Below are positions 13,865 through 25,700 of a stretch of 64,000 nt of DNA, in pieces. The notes under the pieces were generated by a model, which made no database searches, was not told the origin of the DNA, and was given only the letters and a program-made list of their open reading frames with translations. The stretch is from contig NW_027254352.1 in the NCBI RefSeq assembly GCF_044704955.1, positions 3,224,001 through 3,288,000 of the forward strand, written 5' to 3'. Made by a program: the position numbers and the translations under genes. Origin of the DNA: Pristiophorus japonicus (taxonomy: Eukaryota). The stretch's first letter is position 1. Each line of letters starts with the position of its first letter.

Positions 13865-16800
13865 GGGCCTCAGTACCTCCATGGAGAGAGGGAGGGAGTC
13901 TGGGCCTCAATACCCCCAGGGCAGGTAGGGAAGGTGTGTGGGCCTCAGTACCCGCAGGGCAGGCAGGCAGCGAGCATGGGCCTCAGGACCTCCAGGCCAA
14001 GGAGTGATGGAGTGTGGGCCTCCGTACCTCCAGGTAGGTAGGGACCGTGGGCCACAGTACCCCAAGGACATTGAGGGAGGTAGTGTGGGCCTCAGTACCT
14101 TCAAGGAGGGAGCGAGAGAGTCTGGGCCTCCGTACTCCGAGGGCAGGAAGGGAGGGAGTGTGGGCCTCAGTACCCCATGGCAAGGGGGGAGGGAGTATCG
14201 GCCTCAGGTCCCCCAGGGCAAGGAGGGGGGGAGTGTGGGCCTCAGCACCCGCAGGGCAGGGAAGTAGGGAGTGTGGACCTTAGTACCCCGAGGGCAGGGA
14301 GGTAGTTTGGGCCTCAGTACTTCCAGGGCAGGGAAGGAGGGAATTTGGGCCTCAGTACCTCCAGATCAGGGAGCAAGTGACGGCCTCAGTACTTCCAGGG
14401 AGGGAGGACAGTAGTGTGGGCCTCAATACCCCCAGCGCAGGAGGGAGGGAGTGTGGGCCTCAATACCACAAGGCAAGGGAGGGAGGGAGTGGGCCTCAGT
14501 ACCTCCTGTGGAAAGATGGAGGGAGTGCAGGCCTCAGCACCCACAGGGCAGGGAGGGATAGACTGTGGGCCTCAGTATCCCCATGGCAGGGACGGAGGGA
14601 GTGTGCGCCTCAGTACCCCCAGGGCTGGGAGGGAGGGAGTTTGGGCCTCAGTACCTCCAGTGAAGCGAGGGAGGGAGAGTGGGCCTCAGTATCCACAAGG
14701 TAGAGCGGGAGGGAGGGAGTGTGGGCCTCAGTACCCCCAGGGCAAGGTGGGAGGAAGGGAGTGTGGGCCTCAATACCGCAAAGGCAGGGAGGGAGGGAGT
14801 GTGGGCCTCAGTACCCACAGGGCAGGGAGGGAGGAAGGGATTGTGGGCCTCAGTACCCCCAGGGCAGTTAGAGAGGGAGTGTGGGCCTCAGATACCCCAG
14901 GGCAGGTAGAGAGGGAGTGTGGGCCTCAGTATCCACAGGGCAGGGAGGGAGGGAGGGACGGAGTGTGGGTCTCAGTACCTCCAGGGCAGGTAGAGAGGGA
15001 GGGAGTGTGGGCCTCAGTACCCCCAGGGCAGGGAGCGAGGCTGGGAGGGATTGTGGGCCTCAGTACCCCCAGGGCAGGGAGGGAGGGAGGGAGTGTTTGC
15101 CTCAGTAACCCCGGGTGAAGGGAGGGTGGGAGAGAGTGCGGGCCTCTGTACCTCGAGGGCAGGGAGGGAGCGAGGGAGTACAGTCCTCAGTAACCCAATG
15201 GCAGAGAGGAAGGGAGATAGTGTGGGCCTCAGTACCCGCAGGAAGGGAGATAGAGCGTACGGACCTCAGTACCTCCTGTACAGGTAGGGAGGGAGTGTGG
15301 GCCTCAGTACCACCACAGCAGTGAGGGAGGGAGCGTGGGCCTCAGGTCCCCGATGACAGGGAAGGAGGAAGAGCGCGTGAGCCTCAGAACCCAAGGGCAG
15401 TAATGAAGGGAGAATGGCCCTCGGTATCCCCAAGGCAGAGAGCAACGGAGTATAGGCCTCAGCACCCCCAGGGCAGGGAGGTAGAAATGAATTGTGGGCC
15501 TCAGTACCTCCAAGGCAGGGAGTGAGCGACTGTGGTCCTCAGTATCTCGAGGACATGTTGGTACGGAGTTTGGGACTCAGTACCTCCAAGAGGTAAGGAA
15601 GAATGTCTGGGCCTCCGTACCCACAGGGCAGGAATGGAGGGAGGGTGTTTGGGCCTCGGTACCCCAGGGCAGTCAGGGAGGGAGGGAGTGTGGGCCTCAG
15701 TACCCCCAGGGCAGTCAGGGAGGGAGTGAGTGTGGGCCTCAGTACCCCCAAGGCAGAGAGGGATGGAGGGCCTCAGTACCTCCATGGAGAGAGGGAGGGA
15801 GTCTGGGCCTCAATACCCCCAGGGCAGGTAGGGAAGGTGTGTGGGCCTCAGTACCCGCAGGGCAGGCAGGCAGCGAGCATGGGCCTCAGGACCTCCAGGC
15901 CAAGGAGTGATGGAGTGTGGGCCTCCGTACCTCCAGGTAGGTAGGGACCGTGGGCCACAGTACCCCAAGGACATTGAGGGAGGTAGTGTGGGCCTCAGTA
16001 CCTTCAAGGAGGGAGCGAGAGAGTCTGGGCCTCCGTACTCCGAGGGCAGGAAGGGAGGGAGTGTGGGCCTCAGTACCCCATGGCAAGGGGGGAGGGAGTA
16101 TCGGCCTCAGGTCCCCCAGGGCAAGGAGGGGGGGGAGTGTGGGCCTCAGCACCCGCAGGGCAGGGAAGTAGGGAGTGTGGACCTTAGTACCCCGAGGGCA
16201 GGGAGGTAGTTTGGGCCTCAGTACTTCCAGGGCAGGGAAGGAGGGAATTTGGGCCTCAGTACCTCCAGATCAGGGAGCAAGTGACGGCCTCAGTACTTCC
16301 AGGGAGGGAGGACAGTAGTGTGGGCCTCAATACCCCCAGCGCAGGAGGGAGGGAGTGTGGGCCTCAATACCACAAGGCAAGGGAGGGAGGGAGTGGGCCT
16401 CAGTACCTGCTGTGGAAAGATGGAGGGAGTGCAGGCCTCAGCACCCACAGGGCAGGGAGGGATAGACTGTGGGCCTCAGTATCCCCATGCAGGGACAGAG
16501 GGAGTGTGCGCCTCAGTAACCCCAGGGCTGGGAGGGAGGGAGTTTGGGCCTCAGTACCTCCAGTGAAGCGAGGGAGGGAGAGTGGGCCTCAGTATCCACA
16601 AGGTAGAGCGGGAGGGAGGGAGTGTGGGCCTCAGTACCCCCAGGGCAAGGTGGGAGGAAGGGAGTGTGGGCCTCAATACCGCAAAGGCAGGGAGGGAGGG
16701 AGTGTGGGCCTCAGTACCCACAGGGCAGGGAGGGAGGAAGGGATTGTGGGCCTCAGTACCCCCAGGGCAGTTAGAGAGGGAGTGTGGGCCTCAGATACCC

Positions 16801-17670
16801 CAGGGCAGGTAGAGAGGGAGTGTGGGCCTCAGTATCCACAGGGCAGGGAGGGAGGGAGGGACGGAGTGTGGGTCTCAGTACCTCCAGGGCAGGTAGAGAG
16901 GGAGGGAGAGTGGGCCTCAGTACCCACAGGGCAGGGAGCGAGGCTGGGAGGGATTGTGGGCCTCAGTACCCCCAGGGCAGGGAGGGAGGGAGGGAGTGTT
17001 TGCCTCAGTAACCCCGGGGTAGGGAGGGTGGGAGGGAGTGCGGGCCTCTGTACCTCGAGGGCAGGGAGGCAGCGAGGGAGTACAGTCCTCAGTAACCCAA
17101 TGGCAGAGAGGAAGGGAGATAGTGTGGGCCTCAGTACCCGCAGGAAGGGAGATAGAGCGTACAGACCTCAGTACCTCCTGTACAGGTAGGGAGGGAGTGT
17201 GGGCCTCAGTACCACCACAGCAGTGAGGGAGGGAGCGTGGGCCTCAGGTCCCCGATGACAGGGAGGGAGGAAGAGCGCGTGAGCCTCAGAACCCAAGGGC
17301 AGTAATGAAGGGAGAATGGCCCTCGGTATCCCCAAGGCAGAGAGCAACGGAGTATAGGCCTCAGCACCACCAGGGCAGGGAGGTAGAAATGAATTGTGGG
17401 CCTCAGTACCTCCAAGGCAGGGAGTGAGCGACTGTGGTCCTCAGTATCTCGAGGACATGTTGGGACGGAGTTTGGGACTCAGTACCTCCAAGAGGTAAGG
17501 AAGAATGTCTGGGCCTCCGTACCCACAGGGCAGGAATGGAGGGAGGGTGTTTGGGCCTCGGTACCCCAGGGCAGTCAGGGAGGGAGGGAGTGTGGGCCCC
17601 AGTACCCCCAGGGCAGTCAGGGAGGGAGTGAGTGTGGGCCTCAGTACCCCCAAGGCAGAGAGGGAGGGAG
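13865..17670 (+). repeat. Near-identical tandem duplication, ~1,903-bp unit (13865-15767 / 15768-17670)
   Basis: Rare variant strings recur at a 1902-1904 offset: GGGCCTCAGTACCTCCATGGAGAG at 13865 and 15768; identical ORFs at 13907/15810 and 14679/16582; near-identical ORFs at 15304/17206. Confidence 0.93.
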
Positions 17671-20600
17671 GGCGTCTGGGCCTCAGTACCTTCAAGGAGG
17701 GAGGGAGGGAGTCTGGGCATCAGTAACCCCAGGGCAGGTCGGGAGAGTGTGTGGGCCTCAGTACCCGCAGGGGATGCAGGCAGCGAACGTGCGCCTCAGG
17801 ACGCCCAGGGCAAGGAGGGAGGGATTCTCAGCCTCAGTACCACTAGGGCAGGTAGTGAGCATGGGCCTCAGTACCCCGATGGCAGAGAGGGAGGTAGCGT
17901 GGGCCTCAGTACCTCCAAGGCAGGAGCGAGTGAGTCTGGGCCTCCATACCCAGAGGGCAGGTATTGAGGGAGTGTGGGCCTCAGTACCCCCATGGCAAGG
18001 AGGGAGGGAGTGTGGGTCTCAGGCCCCCCAGCGCAGGGAAGGAGGGAGTGTGGAACTTCGTACCCCGAGGGATGGTAGGGTGTGTGGGCCTCAGTACCCC
18101 GAAGGGGGGAGGGACGGATTTTGGGCCTCAGTACCCCCAGGGCAGGGAGGGAATGAGTGTGGGCCTCAGTTCTCCCTTGATGGGAGGGAGGGAGTCAGGG
18201 CCTCAGGACCCACAGGGCAGGGATGTTGGGAGTGTGGGCCTCAGTGCCCCCAGGGAGGAAGAGACGGAATGTGGGCTTCAGTACTCCCAGGGAGGGAGAG
18301 AGGGAGTGTGGGCCTCAGTATCCCCACGGCAGAGAGGCAGTGAGTCTGGGCTCAGTACCCCCAGGGAGGGAGAGAGCAACTGTGGACCTCAGTATTCCCA
18401 GCACAGGGAGGGAGGGAGATTGGGCGTCATTACTCCGAGGACAGGGAAGGAGGGAGAGTGGGTCTTTGTACTCCCAGACAGGAAGGAAGGGCGGGTGTGT
18501 GGGCTTTTGTACTAAGGGCAGAGAGGGAATGAGTGTGGTCCTCAGTACCTCCAGGAAAGGGAGAGAGTGAGGGCCTCAGTACCTCCAGGGGGGAGGGAAG
18601 GAGTATATGCCTCAGTACCCCTAGGGCAGGGAGGTAGGGAGTGAGTGTGGGCCTCAGTACCCATGAAAAGTGAGGGAGTGTTGGTCTCCATATCCCCAGG
18701 GCAGGGAGGGAGTGTGGGCCTCAGTACCTCGAAGACAGGGAGGGAGGGCGGGGAGTTTGGGCGTCAGTACCACCAGGGCATCGAGGAAGAGAGGTAGAAT
18801 GGGCCTCAGTACCCCCAGAGCAGGCAGTGAGATGGGAGTGTGGGCCTCAGTACCCCAAGGGCAGGGAGGGAGGGTGGGCCTCAGTAACCCCAGTGCAGGC
18901 AGGGAGGGAGGGAGTGAGGGCATCATTTCCTTCAGAGAGGGAGGGGGGTGTGTGGGCCACAGAAGCCCCAGGACAGGGCCTGAAGGAGTGTGGGCCTCAG
19001 TACCCCCAGTGCACGGAGGGAAGCAGTTTGCGCCTCAGTAACCCGAGGGCCGGGAGGGAGGGAGAGTAGGCCTCAGTACACCCAGGGCAGGGAGGGAAGG
19101 AGTTTGCTCCTCAGTACCCCGAGGGCAAGGAGGGAAGCAGTGAGTGTGGCTCTCAGGACCTTCAGGGCAAGGAAGGAGGTCGGGTGGGACTCAGTAACAC
19201 CAATGTAGGGAGGGAGGGAGGGAGTGCAGGCCTCAGTACCTCCAGGGCAGTGAGTGAGCGAGTGCAGCCCACAGAACATCCGGGGCAGGGAGGGAAGGAG
19301 GGAGTGTGGGCGTCAGTACCTCCAGGGCAGGGAGCGAGTATGGGCCTCAGAACATCCAGGGTTAAGAGAGAAGGAGTGTGGGCCTCAGTAACCCCAGGGA
19401 GGGAGGGAGGAAGTGTGTGTGGGCCGAGTCGCCCCAGGTCTGAGTGTGAGGGAGATTGGGCCTCAGTACCCCGAGGGCAGGAATGGAGGGAGGTTGTGGG
19501 CCTCAGTTCCACAAGGCCAGGGCGGGAGGGAGTGTGAGCCTCAGTACCCCCAGGTAGTGTGTGAGGAAGTGTGGGCCTCAGTACCCCTAGGGCAGGGAGG
19601 CAGGGAGTGTGGGCCTCAATTGCTCTCGGAGAGGGAGGAAGGGAGTGTGGGCCTCATTACCCCCATGACAGTGAGACAGGGAGTATGGGCCTCAGTAACT
19701 CCAGGGCAGGGAGTGAGTCAATGCATCATACCTCCAGGGAGAGATGGAGGGAGGGAGTATGGGCCTCACGCGGAGAGAGGGAGGGAGTGTGGGCCTCAGT
19801 ACTCCTAGCGCAGGGAGTGAGGTCGGGAGTGTGGGCCTCAGTTGCCACAGGGCAGGGAGCGAGGCTGGGAGGGATTGTGGGCCTCAGTACCCCCAGGGCA
19901 GGGAGGGAGGGAGGGAGTGTTTGCCTCAGTAACCCCGGGGTAGGGAGGGTGGGAGGGAGTGCGGGCCTCTGTACCTCGAGGGCAGGGAGGGAGCGAGGGA
20001 GTACAGTCCTCAGTAACCCAATGGCAGAGAGGAAGGGAGATAGTGTGGGCCTCAGTACCCGCAGGAAGGGAGATAGAGCGTACGGACCTCAGTACCTCCT
20101 GTACAGGTAGGGAGGGAGTGTGGGCCTCAGTACCACCACAGCAGTGAGGGAGGGAGCGTGGGCCTCAGGTCCCCGATGACAGGGAGGGAGGAAGAGCGCG
20201 TGAGCCTCAGAACCCAAGGGCAGTAATGAAGGGAGAATGGCCCTCGGTATCCCCAAGGCAGAGAGCAACGGAGTATAGGCCTCAGCACCACCAAGGCAGG
20301 GAGGTAGAAATGAATTGTGGGCCTCAGTACCTCCAAGGCAGGGAGTGAGCGACTGTGGTCCTCAGTATCTCGAGGACATGTTGGGACGGAGTTTGGGACT
20401 CAGTACCTCCAAGAGGTAAGGAAGAATGTCTGGGCCTCCGTACCCACAAGGCAGGAATGGAGGGAGGGTGTTTGGGCCTCGGTACCCCAGGGCAGTCAGG
20501 GAGGGAGGGAGTGTGGGCCTCAGTACCCCCAGGGCAGTCAGGGAGGGAGTGAGTGTGGGCCTCAGTACCCCCAAGGCAGAGAGGGAGGGAGGGCGTCTGG

Positions 20601-22771
20601 GCCTCAGTACCTTCAAGGAGGGAGGGAGGGAGTCTGGGCATCAGTAACCCCAGGGCAGGTCGGGAGAGTGTGTGGGCCTCAGTACCCGCAGGGGATGCAG
20701 GCAGCGAACGTGCGCCACAGGACGCCCAGGGCAAGGAGGGAGGGATTCTCAGCCTCAGTACCACTAGGGCAGGTAGTGAGCATGGGCCTCAGTACCCCGA
20801 TGGCAGAGAGGGAGGTAGCGTGGGCCTCAGTACCTCCAAGGCAGGAGCGAGTGAGTCTGGGCCTCCATACCCAGAGGGCAGGTATTGAGGGAGTGTGGGC
20901 CTCAGTACCCCCATGGCAAGGAGGGAGGGAGTGTGGGTCTCAGGCCCCCCAGCGCAGGGAAGGAGGGAGTGTGGAACTTCCTACCCCGAGGGATGGTAGG
21001 GTGTGTGGGCCTCAGTACCCCGAAGGGGGGAGGGACGGATTTTGGGCCTCAGTACCCCCAGGGCAGGGAGGGAATGAGTGTGGGCCTCAGTTCTCCCTTG
21101 ATGGGAGGGAGGGAGTCAGGGCCTCAGGACCCACAGGGCAGGGATGTTGGGAGTGTGGGCCTCAGTGCCCCCAGGGAGGAAGAGACGGAATGTGGGCTTC
21201 AGTACTCCCAGGGAGGGAGAGAGGGAGTGTGGGCCTCAGTATCCCCACGGCAGAGAGGCAGTGAGTCTGGGCTCAGTACCCCCAGGGAGGGAGAGAGCAA
21301 CTGTGGACCTCAGTATTCCCAGCACAGGGAGGGAGGGAGATTGGGCGTCATTACTCCGAGGACAGGGAAGGAGGGAGAGTGGGTCTTTGTACTCCCAGAC
21401 AGGAAGGAAGGGCGGGTGTGTGGGCTTTTGTACTAAGGGCAGAGAGGGAATGAGTGTGGTCCTCAGTACCTCCAGGAAAGGGAGAGAGTGAGGGCCTCAG
21501 TACCTCCAGGGGGGAGGGAAGAAGTATATGCCTCAGTACCCCTAGGGCAGGGAGGTAGGGAGTGAGTGTGGGCCTCAGTACCCATGAATAGTGAGGGAGT
21601 GTTGGTCTCCATATCCCCAGGGCAGGGAGGGAGTGTGGGCCTCAGTACCTCGAAGACAGGGAGGGAGGGCGGGGAGTTTGGGCGTCAGTACCACCAGGGC
21701 ATCGAGGAAGAGAGGTAGAATGGGCCTCAGTACCCCCAGAGCAGGCAGTGAGATGGGAGTGTGGGCCTCAGTACCCCAAGGGCAGGGAGGGAGGGTGGGC
21801 CTCAGTAACCCCAGTGCAGGCAGGGAGGGAGGGAGTGAGGGCATCATTTCCTTCAGAGAGGGAGAGGGGTGTGTGGGCCACAGAAGCCCCAGGACAGGGC
21901 CTGAAGGAGTGTGGGCCTCAGTACCCCCAGTGCACGGAGGGAAGCAGTTTGCGCCTCAGTAACCCGAGGGCCGGGAGGGAGCGAGAGTAGGCCTCAGTAC
22001 ACCCAGGGCAGGGAGGGAAGGAGTTTGCTCCTCAGTACCCCGAGGGCAAGGAGGGAAGCAGTGAGTGTGGCTCTCAGGACCTTCAGGGCAAGGAAGGAGG
22101 TCGGGTGGGACTCAGTAACACCAATGTAGGGAGGGAGGGAGGGAGTGCAGGCCTCAGTACCTCCAGGGCAGTGAGTGAGCGAGTGCAGCCCACAGAACAT
22201 CCGGGGCAGGGAGGGAAGGAGGGAGTGTGGGCGTCAGTACCTCCAGGGCAGGGAGCGAGTATGGGCCTCAGAACATCCAGGGTTAAGAGAGAAGGAGTGT
22301 GGGCCTCAGTAACCCCAGGGAGGGAGGGAGGAAGTGTGTGTGGGCCGAGTCGCCCCAGGTCTGAGTGTGAGGGAGATTGGGCCTCAGTACCCCGAGGGCA
22401 GGAATGGAGGGAGGTTGTGGGCCTCAGTTCCACAAGGCCAGGGCGGGAGGGAGTGTGAGCCTCAGTACCCCCAGGTAGTGTGTGAGGAAGTGTGGGCCTC
22501 AGTACCCCTAGGGCAGGGAGGCAGGGAGTGTGGGCCTCAATTGCTCTCGGAGAGGGAGGAAGGGAGTGTGGGCCTCATTACCCCCATGACAGTGAGACAG
22601 GGAGTATGGGCCTCAGTAACTCCAGGGCAGGGAGTGAGTCAATGCATCATACCTCCAGGGAGAGATGGAGGGAGGGAGTGTGGGCCTCACGCGGAGAGAG
22701 GGAGGGAGTGTGGGCCTCAGTACTCCTAGCGCAGGGAGTGAGGTCGGGAGTGTGGGCCTCAGTTGCCACAG
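16924..22771 (+). repeat. Near-identical tandem duplication, 2,921-bp unit (16924-19844 / 19845-22771)
   Basis: Constant 2921 offset of distinctive sequence: CCACAGGGCAGGGAGCGAGGCTGGG at 16924 and 19845; ORF pairs 17206/20127, 17396/20317, 17632/20553, 18223/21144 and 19413/22334 are identical or nearly so. Confidence 0.95.
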
Positions 22772-25700
22772 ATAGGGAGGGGAGTGAGTGTGGGCCTCAG
22801 TACTTCCACGGCAGCGTGAGAGTGAGTGTGGGCCTCAGTACCCGCATGGCAGGGAAGGAGGGAGTGAGTGTGGGCCTCAGTATCCCGACGGTAGTGAGGG
22901 AGGGAGTATGGGCCTCAGCACTGCCGGGCAGGGAGGGAGGGAGGGAGCATGGCCCTCATTACACCCAGGACAGGAAGGGAGGGTGATTGGACATCAGTAC
23001 CTCAATGGCAGGCAAGGAGGGAGTGTGGGCCTCAGTACATCAAGGGCAGGAAAGGAGGGAGTGTGGGCCTCAGTACCCCAAGGGCAGGGAGAGTGGGTGT
23101 GCGGGCCTCAGTACCACCAGGGCAGGGTGTGAGGGTGTGAGACTGGGCCTCAAGACCCCCAGGGCAGGGAGGGAGGGAGTGTGGGCCTCAGTTCCTCCAC
23201 GGAGAGAGGGAGGGAGTCTGGGCCTCAATACCCACAGGGCAGGTAGGGAGGGTGTGTGGGCCTCAGTACCCGCAGGGCAGGCAGGCAGCGAGCATGTGCC
23301 TCAGGACCTCCAGGGCAAGGAGGGAGGGAGTGTGGGCCACAGTACCCCAGGGCAAGAGGGGAGGGAGTGTCGGCCTCAGGTCCCCCAGGGGAAGGAGGGA
23401 GGGAGTGTGGGCCTCAGCACCCCCAGGGCAGGGAAGGAGGGAGAGTGGACCTTAGTACCCCGAGGGCAGGGAGGGAGTTAGTGTGGGCCTCAATACCCCC
23501 AGGGCAGGTAGGGAGTTTGGGCCTCAGTACTTACAGGGCAGGGAAAGAGGGAATTTGGGCCTCAGTACCTCCAGGGCAGGGAGCGAGTGACGGCCTCAGT
23601 ACGTCCAGGGAGGTAGGACAGTAGTGTGGGTCTCAATACCCCCAGCGCAGGAGAGAGGGAATGTGGGCCTCAGTACCACAAGGCCAGGGAGGGAGGGCGA
23701 GTGGGGCTCAGTACCTCCTGTGGAAAGATGGAGTGAGTGCAGGCCTCAGTACTCCCAGGGCAGGGAGGGACAGAGTGTGGACCTCAGAACCCCCAGGGCA
23801 AACAGGGGCGGAGTGTGGGCCTCAGTACCCTCAAGGCAGGGAGGATGGGAATTTGGGCCTCAGTACTCCCAGGGAGGGAGAGAGGGTGTGTGCGCCTCAG
23901 TACCTCCTGGGCGGGAGAGAGGGAGTGTGGACCTCAGCACTCCCAGCTCAGGGAGGGAGGGAGATTGAGCCTTTGTACCTCCAGGGGCGGAGGGAGGGAG
24001 TATGAGCCTCAGTACCCCCAGGGCAGGGAGTTAGGGAGGTAGTGTGGGCCTCAGTACCCCCAGAGGCAGAAGGGAGTGTGGACATGTGTACTCCCAGGGC
24101 AGAGAGGGCCGGAGTGTGGGCCTCAGTACGCCCAGATCGTGTCGGAGTGTTGGCCTCCGTATCACCAGATCAGGTAGGGAGTTTGGGCAAAAGTACCCCG
24201 AGGACAGGGTGGAAGGAAGTGAGAGTTGGCCTCAGGACCCCCAGGGAAGGGAGGGAGACAGTGTAGCCTCAGGACCCCCAGGGCAGCGAAGGAGGGAGTG
24301 TGGACCTCAGGACACGCAGGGCAGTGAGTGAGAGAGTGTGGGCCTCAGGACAACCAGGTCAAAGTGTGAGGAAGTGTGGGCATCAGTACTCCCAGGGCAG
24401 GGAGTGAGCGTGAGTGGCAATCAGTATATCCAAGGAGCGAGGGATTGTGGGCGTCTACCCCCAGGGCAGGGAGGGAGGGATTCTGGGCCTCCGTACACCC
24501 AGGATTGGGAGGGAGGGAGAGAGCGTGGGTCTCAGTACCCCAGGGCTGCGAGGGTGGGAGTGTGGGCCTCAGGACACCCAGGGCAGCGAAGTAGGGAGTG
24601 TGAACCTCAGGACACGTCGGGCAGGAAGTGAGGGAGTGTGGGCCTCAGTACCCCGAGGACAGGGAGAGAGGGAGGTGGTGTTGGCCACAGTACCCGCAGA
24701 GCAGGTAGGGAGTGTGTGTGGACCTCAGTTCCACCAAAGCGGGAGGGAGGCTGTGTGGGCCTCTGTAACCCAAGGGCAGGTAGAAAGAGTGGGCCTCAGT
24801 ACCCTTGGGCAGAGAAGCAGGGAGTGTGGGCCTCAGTACCTCCAGATATGGAGGGAATGTGAGCCATCGTACCCCCAGGGCAGAGACGGATGGAGTGTGG
24901 ACCTCAGTACCCCCATGATAGGGAGGGAGGTGTGTGGGCCTCAGTAACCCCAGGGCGGGGAGGGAGGGAGGCAGAGAGTGTGGGCCTCATTACCACCAGG
25001 GCAGGGAGGGATCGAGTTTGTGCCTCAGTACACCCACGGCACTGAGGGAGGGAGTTTGGGCCTCAGTACTCCCTGGGCAGGGAAGGAGGGAGCGAGTGCG
25101 GGCCTCAGTACCCCAGGGTATCGAGGGAGGAGAGTGGGCCTCAGTACCCGCAGGGTAAGGAGGGAGGGAGTGTACACCTCAGAACCCCCAGGGCAGCGAA
25201 GGATGGAGTGTGGGCCTCAGTACCCCCAGGGCAGGGAGGGAGGGAGTGTGTGCCTCAGTACCCCCAGGGCAGGGAGGGAGAGAGTGTGGGCCTCAGTACA
25301 CCCTGTGCAGGTAGGGAGGGTATGTGGGCCTCAGTACCCGCAGATAGGAATGGAGTTTGGGCCTCAGGACATTGAAGAGGGAGGGAGAGTGTGTGGGCCT
25401 TAGGACCCCCAAGGCAGGAACGGAGTGAGTGTGGGCTTCAGTAACTCCCGGGCAGTCAGGGTGTGTGGGCCTCAGTACCCCCAGTGCATGGAGGGGGGAT
25501 GTGGGCCTCAGTACCCACAGGGCAGGGAGGGAGTTTGTGCCTCAGTGCCTACAGGGCAAGGACGGTGTCAGTGTTAGCCTCAGGACCCCAAGGGCAGGGA
25601 GGGAGGAGTGTGGGTCTCAGTACACCCAGGGTGGGGAGGGAGGGATCTTGCGCCTCAGTACCACAAGGCCAGGGAGAGAAGGAGTTTGGGCCTCAGTAAC

